Origin: a virus
Lineage: Duplodnaviria; Caudoviricetes
Reading direction: 5' to 3' (one strand)
Length of the DNA: 46,979 nucleotides
IMG/VR virus record: IMGVR_UViG_3300011338_000704
Span: 1 to 46,979 of that record
Shown in pieces: positions 35,088 through 43,522 of this stretch (positions within the stretch are counted from its first letter, which is position 1; every line of letters starts with the position of its first letter). Below the pieces are notes generated by a model. It had not been told where the DNA came from and searched no databases. It saw only the letters and a list, made by a program, of their open reading frames with translations. Both the position numbers and the translations under genes were made by a program.

Positions 35088-35808
35088 CGGTTCGTCCTTC
35101 AGGGATGGTCAGTGGCCGCTCGCGGTCGGCCTTCGATTGCGCCACGGCTTCGGTGAAGTAGCCCCAGCTCTGGATTTTGCCGCCGCGTTTCTTGGTGGCC
35201 ATGCTCACGATGGTCGGGACCACGTCGAGCCCCCAGGCGCAACCGGCCTGACGCCACCGCCCGATCTCATGCACGCCGCTGGCGATCTTGCTGGCCTCGG
35301 ACATTCCCGACAGCTTCGATCCGGCCAGCGACAGCAGCAGCTTGGCGTGGTCGAAACTGTCTCCATCCGGCCAGTTGTCATGCGCGTGCGCTACATCAGC
35401 ATCTTCCTTATGTGACTGTGACTGTGAAGGTATGGCGTTTTGTTTCTCGTTTGCTGCCGGTTTGCTGGAGTTTTGTTGCCGCCTTGCTGCGCTTGAGCGC
35501 CCCGCCTCGCGCCTGGCCTCGGTGATGTTGTTGGCCCGCGCCAGCTCCTCGCTCAGGCGGGCGTTGTGCAGGCGACCGTCGCGCTCCTCGAAGAACGGCA
35601 GGATGCGCGGGGCCATCACCAGCCAGCGGTCGAGCGGCAGGCGCACGGTCGCGGCGAGGTCTTCCTCGTCAGCCGTGATCGAGCCGCCCTCGGCCCAGCA
35701 GGCCATAAGCAGCAGCAGATAGGCCCCGTGCTGCTCGGTCGTCAGGCGCATGGTCTTGCGGAGGTAGTCGCCGACGTAGAGCGGGAGCCATGTGTTTGCC
35801 TTGCTCAT
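34987..35808 (-). CDS. DUF1376 (YdaU-like) replication initiator
   Basis: WLPLYVGDYLRKTMRLTTEQHGAYLLLLMACW and NARLSEEL...RREAGRSSA motifs. Confidence 0.85.
   Translation of the reverse strand: MSKANTWLPLYVGDYLRKTMRLTTEQHGAYLLLLMACWAEGGSITADEEDLAATVRLPLDRWLVMAPRILPFFEERDGRLHNARLSEELARANNITEARREAGRSSAARRQQNSSKPAANEKQNAIPSQSQSHKEDADVAHAHDNWPDGDSFDHAKLLLSLAGSKLSGMSEASKIASGVHEIGRWRQAGCAWGLDVVPTIVSMATKKRGGKIQSWGYFTEAVAQSKADRERPLTIPEGRTDDQPASPNLDRRHANLGRALAGADRALARRRQE
35410..35480. other. Putative replication origin (iteron-like, AT-richer tract within the initiator gene)
   Basis: Repeats of CAGCAAAC (x2) and AACAAAAC (x2) on the minus strand, plus TGTGA x3; same placement as the lambda O ori. 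Confidence 0.5.
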
Positions 35809-36062
35809 TGACCGACCTCACGGACGGCGAGCACCACGGACATGCGCGAGGCCTCAAACCACCCGGCGATCAGCCGCATGGGATACACCGCTGCGCCAGA
35901 GGGTGTCTTGCAGGCATACAGTCGACGCATGGCCTCGCGCCGGGCGGCAACGCGGGACCGCTCACGGCCGGGCTTGAGCAGCTCGGCGACAGTCAGCTCG
36001 TATTCGGCGGCGGTCGCCTGAAGGATACCGGCGGCGGTGGGGGGGATTTTCAAGCTGCGCAC
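35805..36062 (-). CDS. DnaA C-terminal-like HTH protein
   Basis: LTVAELLKPGRERSRVAARREAM...YPMRLIAGWF...SVVLAVR. Confidence 0.7.
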   Translation of the reverse strand: MRSLKIPPTAAGILQATAAEYELTVAELLKPGRERSRVAARREAMRRLYACKTPSGAAVYPMRLIAGWFEASRMSVVLAVREVGQ

Positions 36063-36382
36063 TCCTTGCCGGTCCAGACCCAGAGCTGGGGCTTGGCGAT
36101 GTTGTCGTCGAACAGGACGGTGCCGGGGTCAGCCTTCAGGTAGCCGAAGGCGATCAGTGTATCGACCGTGCCCCTGGTGATGGGCGCACCGCCGCGATCC
36201 CAGCAGTAAACCGCCTTGGTCTGGCGGATTTCCTCGCCAGCCTTCAGCCGCGCCACGGCGGCGGCCAGCCGGTCAGTCAAAGAGGGAGCCTTGACCTTCG
36301 TCGCGGGCCTTCCCTTTCGGAGCCGCCTGTCGACCCATTCCCTGTGGCCCTTCGACGTCGAGTGTGGGGCGTCGTTTCGCAT
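36050..36382 (-). CDS. Hypothetical protein
   Basis: 110 aa, GGAAGGAC SD. Confidence 0.6.
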   Translation of the reverse strand: MRNDAPHSTSKGHREWVDRRLRKGRPATKVKAPSLTDRLAAAVARLKAGEEIRQTKAVYCWDRGGAPITRGTVDTLIAFGYLKADPGTVLFDDNIAKPQLWVWTGKECAA

Positions 36383-36626
36383 GGTATCGGTCCTTCCAAA
36401 GTTGCTCGCCAGCCGCCCGGTGCTTGGGGCAGAAGGCCGTCCGGTCCTGGTCGTGGGGCAGGTGCCCCGGTGGTGCGAAGATGAAACAGGCGTGCGCGCC
36501 GCAGGGCAAGCCGCCGGGTTCCTTGTGGACGCAGCGGTAGCCCCCGTGGCGCTGGCCGGTGGCGATGACCGGCGGGATCATGCCGGGGGGTATCTCGCCG
36601 TAGGCGGTGTCGTTGAGGCGGGTCAC
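36273..36626 (-). CDS. Putative zinc-binding protein
   Basis: C...CGAHACF...FCPKHR; ends QGSLFD; GTGA coupling. Confidence 0.6.
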   Translation of the reverse strand: MTRLNDTAYGEIPPGMIPPVIATGQRHGGYRCVHKEPGGLPCGAHACFIFAPPGHLPHDQDRTAFCPKHRAAGEQLWKDRYHAKRRPTLDVEGPQGMGRQAAPKGKARDEGQGSLFD

Positions 36627-37078
36627 AGCCGGATCAGGCCCCACCAACGGAGGGCGGTGTAGGCCTCCTCGACCGAACGGCAGACGGCCATGTCGCCATT
36701 GAGGGCCTCATGCAAAGAGGCCTGCTCGTCGGTCAGGACGCCCTTCGCTGACTTCAGCTCAATGAAGTAGACCTTCGGGATCAGTGGCGGCTTCAGCGGC
36801 ACAATCACGATATCCGGCAGGCCCGGCCGCAGGCCCTGCTCTTGCGCCCGGCCGCGCTCCCGCGCCGTCTTCAGCCGCACGCCGTTGAGGGTCGACGACC
36901 ACCAAATGCCGTGTGGCGTCAGCAGCTCGTCGAGGAGCTGGGCGACCAGCTTCTGAAGGTCGGCCTCGGGCTGGGCGTTGCGCCGCTTCGGCTTGGCGAT
37001 CATGTCGCCGTGGCCCGCCGCCCGCAGCTTGGCGGCGAGGGCGGGGTTGAGGGCGATCTTCGAGGGGGGCCAGGCCAT
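36623..37078 (-). CDS. VRR-NUC (PD-(D/E)XK) nuclease
   Basis: EADLQ, GLRPGLPD and FIELKSAKGVLTDEQ motifs. Confidence 0.85.
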   Translation of the reverse strand: MAWPPSKIALNPALAAKLRAAGHGDMIAKPKRRNAQPEADLQKLVAQLLDELLTPHGIWWSSTLNGVRLKTARERGRAQEQGLRPGLPDIVIVPLKPPLIPKVYFIELKSAKGVLTDEQASLHEALNGDMAVCRSVEEAYTALRWWGLIRL

Positions 37079-37716
37079 CAGCGGAGCGCGTCGAGCTGTT
37101 TCTTGAGCGCCGCGATCATGCCGGTGATCCGCTCCAGCTCGCTGTAGGCGCTGGCCTCCAGCTCGTTGAGTTTCACCTCGACCTCGTCGAGCTGCTGGTT
37201 GCGCTGGGCCTGCGCCTCATTGGCCTCGGGGCCGAACAGGCTTTCCCGCAGCTCGGTCACCCACGCGCGAGGAACATTCAGGCGCTCGGCCAGAGACTTG
37301 TCGGTGGTGGAGCCGCTGTAACGCTGCTGGCTGACCAGATAGACGATCTCCAGCTCCTCCATGATCTTCCGCCGCTCGGGGATCGTGGGCTGGCGCGGCG
37401 GCTCGGGCGACGGAACGACCGTCAGCGGAGGGGTGGCGGGCTTCGTCATGGGTTCGTCCTTCTGGGGTTTCTGGCGGCTCTTGGCCACGCAGCGGGGGCA
37501 CTCATCCTTGCCGAGGGCTCGGCCGATACGCCAGCCCTTCTCGCGGAACTTCCCGGCGACCACGTCGGTCGGCAGGACGCGGGTGGTGTTGTCGGTGATC
37601 CAGTCGCCCCGGCCGCAGCCGCAGGCGATCAGGCGCACGCGGCGCACGGCTGGCGGCTCGCCACGGTGACCTACGGGGAAGCGGTCTTGCTCAAGGGCTC
37701 GGGGGTGGCGGCTCAT
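37078..37716 (-). CDS. Zn-finger plus HTH/coiled-coil protein (possible internal start at 37449)
   Basis: CGCG...CPRC; TDKSLAERLNVPRAWVTELRE; C-terminal coiled coil. Confidence 0.68.
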   Translation of the reverse strand: MSRHPRALEQDRFPVGHRGEPPAVRRVRLIACGCGRGDWITDNTTRVLPTDVVAGKFREKGWRIGRALGKDECPRCVAKSRQKPQKDEPMTKPATPPLTVVPSPEPPRQPTIPERRKIMEELEIVYLVSQQRYSGSTTDKSLAERLNVPRAWVTELRESLFGPEANEAQAQRNQQLDEVEVKLNELEASAYSELERITGMIAALKKQLDALR

Positions 37717-37913
37717 GTGCGAAGCCTCGCAGGCAGGGCGTTCCAGGCGGCCACGTCGGCCTCGGCCTGCTCGTCTTCGCCGTCGAGGATCACGCGGGCG
37801 CGCTCGGGGCCGTGAGACCACGCCAGACGGCGGGCGAGGCCCTGGTCGCGCAGGATGATGGCGCGCTCCCTGTGGGTCAGGAAGCTGCTGGAGAATGTGA
37901 GGCGGTGACCCAT
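37713..37913 (-). CDS. Hypothetical protein, first gene of the leftward operon
   Basis: 66 aa, ATGA coupling downstream, no clear SD. Confidence 0.55.
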   Translation of the reverse strand: MGHRLTFSSSFLTHRERAIILRDQGLARRLAWSHGPERARVILDGEDEQAEADVAAWNALPARLRT

Positions 37914-37920
37914 CGGCTTA

Positions 37921-37979
37921 GGGGCGGCGCGCGGCGGAAGGACGAACAACCGGACCCCGGAGGGCGAGCGCGCCGCCCC
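37921..37979 (-). ncRNA. Candidate antisense regulatory RNA (leader hairpin with anti-RBS loop)
   Basis: 12-bp stem GGGGCGGCGCGC/GCGCGCCGCCCC enclosing GUUCGUCCUUCCG, complementary to several RBSs. Confidence 0.55.
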
Positions 37980-38054
37980 CGTTAGCCAGGACGGCGAAGC
38001 ATGGTTTAGCCGCTCGATTTGGTGTGGGCAAGTCGTCCTCCATCGGTGAGCCCC

Positions 38055-38124
38055 AGAGATAGCGCGGCCTTGTGCGGAGTACAAGTCTTGTCATGTTGAC
38101 GGAACCATTGGGACGCCCTAGATA
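38055..38124. promoter_or_regulatory. Back-to-back divergent promoters with a palindrome
   Basis: Plus strand: TTGACG-17 bp-TAGATA. Minus strand: TTGTAC...GCTATCTC (Caulobacter housekeeping-like). ACAAG-T-CTTGT palindrome between them. Confidence 0.65.
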
Positions 38125-38159
38125 GGGGTCACGGCGCACCGCCGCAGAAGGACGACACC

Positions 38160-38960
38160 ATGACCCAAGACACCACGCTGGACGATGCCGCCCGGCACTC
38201 CATCGGCGCGAACACCCCGCCCGAGCCCATCGACGTGAAGACCCGCCTGGCGGTCAGCCACCACGCCCTGATCCAGAGCGCGGCCGAGCTGGCGACCAAG
38301 GCCCAGGCCATCGGGACCATCGGCCTCAACGACAGCGCCGCCCTCGAAGACGCGATCAAGCTGGTCAAGGATATCCGCGCCAAGGATGGCGAAGTCGACG
38401 CCACCCGCAAGGCCGAGAAGAAGCCGCTCGACGAGCAGATTGCGGCGGTGCAGGAGTTCTTCACCCCGGCCCAGCGGTCCCTCGCCTCGGCCAAGTCCAT
38501 CGCCGAGCGGGCGATCAACGACCGGAACAACCGCGCCGCCGCCGCCGAGCAGCAGCGCCTGCGGGACGCGGCTGAAGCCGCCCGCGCCGCCTCCCTGGCC
38601 CGCATCGACCAGGCCGACAGCTACGACAAGGAGGGCTCCAGCGCCGTCACCGATGCGCTGGTCGATGATGCCCAGCAGAAGGAGGCCGCCGCCGCCCACA
38701 TGGACAAGCTGGCGACCGGCCCCGCGCAGAACCTGAACCGCGCCGCGACCGCCGCCGGTACGGTGTCCAGCTCGCTGCAATGGGCCTTCGAGATCGCCGA
38801 CGATGACGCCCTGCGCGCCACCCTCGGCGCGCTCGGCCCGTTCTTCACCCCGGCCGATCTGGAGAAGGCCGTGCGCGCCTACATGAAGTCGACCAAGGCG
38901 GCCCCCAAGCCGCTGGCTGGCGTCGTGTTCTCGCAAGTCTCGAAGGTGAACATTCGATGA
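38160..38960 (+). CDS. Coiled-coil protein of the recombination operon (Gp157/Gam-like position)
   Basis: VDATRKAEKKPL...VQEFF motif, long helical region; upstream of RecE/RecT. Confidence 0.7.
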   Translation: MTQDTTLDDAARHSIGANTPPEPIDVKTRLAVSHHALIQSAAELATKAQAIGTIGLNDSAALEDAIKLVKDIRAKDGEVDATRKAEKKPLDEQIAAVQEFFTPAQRSLASAKSIAERAINDRNNRAAAAEQQRLRDAAEAARAASLARIDQADSYDKEGSSAVTDALVDDAQQKEAAAAHMDKLATGPAQNLNRAATAAGTVSSSLQWAFEIADDDALRATLGALGPFFTPADLEKAVRAYMKSTKAAPKPLAGVVFSQVSKVNIR

Positions 38961-39328
38961 GCGACACCGCGATCCTACAGACCATCCCGGCCGACGACCC
39001 ACTCATCGCCACGGTTCGGGCGGCCTTCGATGCGTGGCGGGCTGACAGCCTCGCCGCCCTCCCCAACCAGGACGAGGGCAACGCCAACGCCAACGCCGCG
39101 ATCAACGTCGCCCACAACGTGGTGATCCTGCTGGCCGGAATGGAGCAGCAGGCCGGGCGACCCGACAACGAGGCGGCGGCAACCTGCCTCGCCCACGTCA
39201 TCGCCAACACCTTCAGCCATGCCCACTGTGTGGCCTGCTTCATCGAGACCCTTCAGGGCATTGCCCGCGAGGCGCTCGGCGTGTGGATGCAGGATCACCC
39301 GGCCTCGACCGGGGAGACGGCGCATTGA
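38957..39328 (+). CDS. Hypothetical protein
   Basis: 123 aa, HCVAC, ATGA coupling. Confidence 0.65.
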   Translation: MSDTAILQTIPADDPLIATVRAAFDAWRADSLAALPNQDEGNANANAAINVAHNVVILLAGMEQQAGRPDNEAAATCLAHVIANTFSHAHCVACFIETLQGIAREALGVWMQDHPASTGETAH

Positions 39329-40458
39329 TCCCCGACGGCATATACTTCGGCCTCGACGAGGAGGCCTACCACGCCGACGAGGCGCTCGGCTCGTCGGACC
39401 ACAAGGCGCTGGTGGTCAGCCCTGTCCAGTGGCGAGCGGCGAAGGCCGTCTCGCTCATGGACGCCCTCGGCCTCGGCCCCTCCACGGCCCCGGCCAAGGA
39501 GCAGGAGGTGACCGCGACCAAGGCGGTGGGCAAGGCCTTCGGGGATGCTGTCGACCTGATGGTGCTGACGCCAGACCTGTTCGACCAGCGGTACGTCGAA
39601 GACCCGGAGTGCCCGCCCGAGTACCTGAGCACCATCGACGACATACGGGCGGCGCTGAAGGAGCTGGGGGTCTCGATCTCCCTGCCCCGCTCGGCGAAGC
39701 TCTATGACCATGAGGTGCTGGCCTCCTCCCACGGCCTGAAGACGTCGGCCGACTGGGCGGCGGCCAGGGCCGAGCTGGTCGGCGGGCGTCAGGTGCTGTC
39801 GCGGCGGTGGCTGCACACCCTGCGCTTCATCGACCGGATGCTGGACATGGGCCGTGCCGACTACGGCGGGCGCTCGATCCGCGAGGCGGTGCTGGGGCAG
39901 GGTGTGGCCCAGGTCTCGGTCTTCTGGACCGACGACAACGGCGTGCGGTGCAAGTGCCGCTTCGACTGGCTGCGGCCGGGCCACGCGCAGGACGTCAAGA
40001 CGTTCTTCGCCCGCGAGGGTGACGAGATCGTCGAGGCGTTCTGGAGCGCGGTGGCGCGGTTCGCTTACGACATGCAGGCCGCCCACTACCTCGAAGGCCA
40101 CGCGGCCATTCGGGGCCACTGGGAGAACGGCCGGGTGTTCGGCGACCACGACCCGGCCTTCCTGACCGCCGTGGTGCAGGCGGGCACGCCGACGTGGTCG
40201 TGGATCGGGATACAGACGCGCGGCCTCCCCGAGGCTGACGTGTTCCAGCTCCCGGTCACCGCCCATAGCCTGGTGCTGTCACAGGCCCAGACGCAGATTG
40301 CCGAGGCCCGCAAAGCCTACCTCGAATACGTCGACCGCTTCGGGCTGGATCAGCCTTGGGTGTCGACCCGTGGCCCCATCGTCATGAGCGACGAGACGGC
40401 CGTTAACTTCCTGCGCCGCATGGGCGAGCGCGGGGCCAAACGCTGGAGCGACGAATGA
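39325..40458 (+). CDS. RecE/exonuclease VIII-like PD-(D/E)XK nuclease (DUF3799-like)
   Basis: GIYFGLDEEAYHAD..LGSS, CKCRFDWL, DVKT and YDMQAAHY motifs; TTG start coupled to the upstream stop. Confidence 0.85.
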   Translation: MIPDGIYFGLDEEAYHADEALGSSDHKALVVSPVQWRAAKAVSLMDALGLGPSTAPAKEQEVTATKAVGKAFGDAVDLMVLTPDLFDQRYVEDPECPPEYLSTIDDIRAALKELGVSISLPRSAKLYDHEVLASSHGLKTSADWAAARAELVGGRQVLSRRWLHTLRFIDRMLDMGRADYGGRSIREAVLGQGVAQVSVFWTDDNGVRCKCRFDWLRPGHAQDVKTFFAREGDEIVEAFWSAVARFAYDMQAAHYLEGHAAIRGHWENGRVFGDHDPAFLTAVVQAGTPTWSWIGIQTRGLPEADVFQLPVTAHSLVLSQAQTQIAEARKAYLEYVDRFGLDQPWVSTRGPIVMSDETAVNFLRRMGERGAKRWSDE

Positions 40459-41522
40459 CCGACGAGACCATGACGGCGGAAGCCGAGGCCCCGCACGAAA
40501 CCGTGCAGGCCATGACCATCGTTGACACGGTGGCCGAGGCGCGGCGCAGCGCGGCGCTCGCCCTGATCCCCCTGCCCATCGCCGAGATGGAGGAGATCGC
40601 CCACTTCATGTCGAAGGCGCGCTCGATGGTGCCGCAGCACTTCATCGGCCAGCCTGACGCCTGCCTCGCGGTGGTCTACCAGGCGGCGCGCTGGGGCATG
40701 GACCCCTTCGCCGTGGCCCAGAAGGCCTACATCGCCAAGCAGGGCGGGACCATCGGCTATGAGGCCCAGCTCGTCCACAGCCTGGTGGAGAGCAGCGGGC
40801 GGCTGCAAGAGCCCCTGCGCCTGCGCTATGAGGGCGACGCCCTCCAGCGCCGGATCGTGGTGATCGGCCGGGTGCGCGGGGCAATCGAGGATCAGGTCTA
40901 CGCCTCGCCCCGGATCGTCAACATCAGGCCGCGCAACAGCCCGCTGTGGACGTCCGACCCTGACCAGCAGCTCGCCTACTACGGCGTGCGGGCGTGGGCT
41001 CGGCGGTTCTCGCCGTCCGTCCTGCTGGGGGTCTACACCCCCGAGGAGCTGTCGTTCAACGACATGCTGAACGTCACCCCCAAGGAGGCGGCGAAGGCCT
41101 ATGAGGTGGCCGATCTGCCCGCGCCCAGCGGCGGGGCGGCCTACACTAACAAGGCCCCCGATGCCGTCCAGCAGAAGGGCGAGCAGCGCGGCGGGATGCA
41201 GGAACAGCCGCCGAAGTCACCGCCCCCGCCGCCCGCACCGAAGCCGAAGCCCGCCGAGCCCAACCCGTGGGCGAAGGTCGAGAGCCTCGAGGAATGGTAC
41301 GCCGACTACATGAGCCAGCTTGAAGTCGTCGACAGCCTTCAGGCGCTGGAGCGGCTCGGCCAGCAGGCCCTGCAACACGGCTGGTTCCACAAGCTCGGGC
41401 AGGCCGAGGGCAAGGACGGGCCGATGAAGAAAACCCTGGCCGAGCTGGGCAAGGCGCGGAAGCATGAGCTGTCGGTGAAGGAGGCGGCCGAGGCTGCGCT
41501 GAAGGAGCGGGGCGAGGGCTGA
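40455..41522 (+). CDS. recT: RecT-family single-strand annealing protein
   Basis: QAARWGMDPFAVAQK, GYEAQL, RNSPLW..DPDQQLAY and LLGVYTPEEL motifs. Confidence 0.9.
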   Translation: MTDETMTAEAEAPHETVQAMTIVDTVAEARRSAALALIPLPIAEMEEIAHFMSKARSMVPQHFIGQPDACLAVVYQAARWGMDPFAVAQKAYIAKQGGTIGYEAQLVHSLVESSGRLQEPLRLRYEGDALQRRIVVIGRVRGAIEDQVYASPRIVNIRPRNSPLWTSDPDQQLAYYGVRAWARRFSPSVLLGVYTPEELSFNDMLNVTPKEAAKAYEVADLPAPSGGAAYTNKAPDAVQQKGEQRGGMQEQPPKSPPPPPAPKPKPAEPNPWAKVESLEEWYADYMSQLEVVDSLQALERLGQQALQHGWFHKLGQAEGKDGPMKKTLAELGKARKHELSVKEAAEAALKERGEG

Positions 41523-41524
41523 CG

Positions 41525-41557
41525 AAAAAGGCCCCGCCAGCGCAAGCCAGCGGGGCC
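41525..41557 (-). terminator. Terminator between the convergent recombination and lysis operons
   Basis: GGCCCCGC...GCGGGGCC stem followed by TTTTT on the minus strand. Confidence 0.75.
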
Positions 41558-41578
41558 AGTCAGGAAGACGCTCACGGA

Positions 41579-41926
41579 TCAGAAGATGCCGAAGAACCGC
41601 TTGGGTCGCAAGGCCTCGGCGGTTTCTTTGTCTCGCCGTTCACACAGCTCGATGACGGCGAGCTGGGCGCGCTTGTTTCGGTTGGCCGTGTCGAGGGCCG
41701 CCGTCTGGCCGTCGCCGAACACGATCAGGTCGCCGACCGTGGGGGTCTTGCTGTAGGGCTCGACGCCGGGGACGTCGGCCCGAAGCTCACTTGGGACGAG
41801 CGAGCTGCACGCACTCTGGACGGTCACGATAGGCGGCGTACTTGCACAGGCTCCGACGGCCAGCGCCAGCAGCGCCAGGGTTGACGCCATCACCAGCGCC
41901 TTCAGCGGCGCGTATGTCTTGCTCAT
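41579..41926 (-). CDS. o-spanin (Rz1-like lipoprotein)
   Basis: Lipobox LAVGAC; overlaps the i-spanin 3' end. Confidence 0.75.
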   Translation of the reverse strand: MSKTYAPLKALVMASTLALLALAVGACASTPPIVTVQSACSSLVPSELRADVPGVEPYSKTPTVGDLIVFGDGQTAALDTANRNKRAQLAVIELCERRDKETAEALRPKRFFGIF

Positions 41927-42173
41927 TGGTTCGCCTCAAGTCCTGCGTTGCGGTGTTGTCGCGGGCCGCCTTGCCCGCCTCCTCGATAGACTGCCGCCCC
42001 TTGTCGGTCGCGGCGTCGGCCTGCTCGGCCGCGATCCGGCCCTCCTGTCTGGCCGTGGCCTCACGGACTGGGGCACCCATGAACCAGACGATCAGCCAGA
42101 GGATCAGCCCGAAGGCGATGGCGACGATGGCCCAGCCCCACGGGCCGAGGTAGCGGATGATCTTGTCCATCAT
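41787..42173 (-). CDS. i-spanin (Rz-like)
   Basis: N-terminal TM segment, helical periplasmic part with Cys; follows the endolysin. Confidence 0.75.
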   Translation of the reverse strand: MMDKIIRYLGPWGWAIVAIAFGLILWLIVWFMGAPVREATARQEGRIAAEQADAATDKGRQSIEEAGKAARDNTATQDLRRTNEQDIRAAEGAGDGVNPGAAGAGRRSLCKYAAYRDRPECVQLARPK

Positions 42174-42724
42174 TCCATCCCCACGCGCTGGGACAGCCAG
42201 CCCCAGCCGAACGCCTCATTGGCCTGCCGCTTCTCGCACAGCTCGATGTAGCGGACGGCCTGGAAGGCGTTGAGCGCCCGCAGGATCACGGTGTCGGCCG
42301 CGTCCGCGCCGCGCTTGGCCCGCAGCGATTTGAGCGCGCCAGCCGTGGCCGGGCCGACCTGGCCGTCGACCATGATATCGGCGTAGTGCTGGCCGTTGCT
42401 GTTGAGGGCGTTCAGCGCCCGCTGAAGCCAGACGCCGGGGATGCCCACGCCCATGTTGACGCCGGTGTCGAACAGCTCCTCGGCGATCTTCGGGCTGACG
42501 TCGCCGATCAGGTTGAAGCCGGGGCGCTCCCAGTAGGCGCGGCGATAGATGGCGAAGGCCTGCTCCTTGGTCATCTCCCGCATCGGGCCGGTGTAGCCGT
42601 TCTCGCGGGCGACCCCGATGGTCACGCCCCACATCGTCTCGCCGCCCCGGTCGCTCGGGTGGTTGCTGTAGCCGCCCTCGACGCGCAGCAGGCGCGTGGC
42701 CAGGTCCATGAAAAGATCGCTCAT
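42170..42724 (-). CDS. Endolysin, glycoside hydrolase family 108 with peptidoglycan-binding domain
   Basis: EGGYSNHPSDRGGETMWGVT, FDTGVNMG, DGQVGPAT and FGWGWLSQRV motifs. Confidence 0.93.
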   Translation of the reverse strand: MSDLFMDLATRLLRVEGGYSNHPSDRGGETMWGVTIGVARENGYTGPMREMTKEQAFAIYRRAYWERPGFNLIGDVSPKIAEELFDTGVNMGVGIPGVWLQRALNALNSNGQHYADIMVDGQVGPATAGALKSLRAKRGADAADTVILRALNAFQAVRYIELCEKRQANEAFGWGWLSQRVGME

Positions 42725-42738
42725 TTGGTCCGTCCCTC

Positions 42739-42767
42739 TTGCAACGTATCCTACGTCGCTCTAAATA
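42739..42767 (+). promoter_or_regulatory. Sigma70-type promoter for the inserted plus-strand gene
   Basis: TTGCAA-17 bp-TAAATA; ACGTA-TCC-TACGT palindrome in the spacer. Confidence 0.6.
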
Positions 42768-42801
42768 CAGCTCAGGACGGCACGACAGGACGAAGCAAGC
42801 C

Positions 42802-43191
42802 ATGACCACCAAAGCCACCAAGACCGATGCCCGTGGGCGGGTCCAGCCCCTGTTTAAGCTGGTCTGCAAGGAGTGCAACACCACGTTCAGCGGCAACGCC
42901 CGCGCCGTGTTCTGCACCCCCGGCCACAAGCGGGCCTTCCACCAGCGGAACCAGAAACGCGGCCAGTGCGCGATGCCCCTTCTGCTGGCGTGGCGCGGTG
43001 GCCGTGGCCAGAAGGAGACCAGCCGCTGGGCCTACGGCGAGCTGTGCCGCCTCGCGGACCTCTGGAACGCCGAAGACAAGGCGGCCGGTCGCGCACCGCA
43101 GGCGGCCTATGCGGAGCTGAAGCGCCGGGACTTTTGGACGGCGGCTGACTACTACGACCGGGGCGAGCGCCGCGCTAATCCGGCTTCCTGA
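42802..43191 (+). CDS. Zinc-finger protein inserted antisense in the lysis cassette
   Basis: CKEC...FCTPGH; own promoter and AGGA SD. Confidence 0.75.
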   Translation: MTTKATKTDARGRVQPLFKLVCKECNTTFSGNARAVFCTPGHKRAFHQRNQKRGQCAMPLLLAWRGGRGQKETSRWAYGELCRLADLWNAEDKAAGRAPQAAYAELKRRDFWTAADYYDRGERRANPAS

Positions 43192-43522
43192 CCGTAATGT
43201 CGACGTCGGGCTCGGCCCTCACGGTCACCCCGGCGTCGACAGCGGTCGCGGTGTTGGCCGTGGTCTGGGCGGCGGTGGCCGCCATGCTGGTCATGGCCTC
43301 GACCGCCCCGGATGCGGACTTCGTGCCGCCCCACAGGAAGGACGTCATCAGGCCGAAGCCCCCGGTGCCGACCAGCAAGGTCGCCAGCGTGGCGAACAGG
43401 TTGTTGTCGGCCAGCTCGGGCTTCGAGTAGACCGCGTAGACGATCCCCGCGACCAGAACGAACATGCCGAGCGTGGCCCATGCGCGGATATCGTTGGGCC
43501 AGAAAAAGGGGGGCTTGTTCAC
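43175..43522 (-). CDS. Putative holin
   Basis: Two TM segments, FLWGGTKS motif; upstream of the endolysin. Confidence 0.72.
   Translation of the reverse strand: MNKPPFFWPNDIRAWATLGMFVLVAGIVYAVYSKPELADNNLFATLATLLVGTGGFGLMTSFLWGGTKSASGAVEAMTSMAATAAQTTANTATAVDAGVTVRAEPDVDITVRKPD

Noticed and set aside
37918-38139. 73-aa and 123-aa minus-strand ORFs across the divergent control region, as a possible repressor/Cro
   Set aside because: No HTH pattern; they overlap promoters and the leader hairpin. A short leader peptide from ATG 38043 cannot be excluded.
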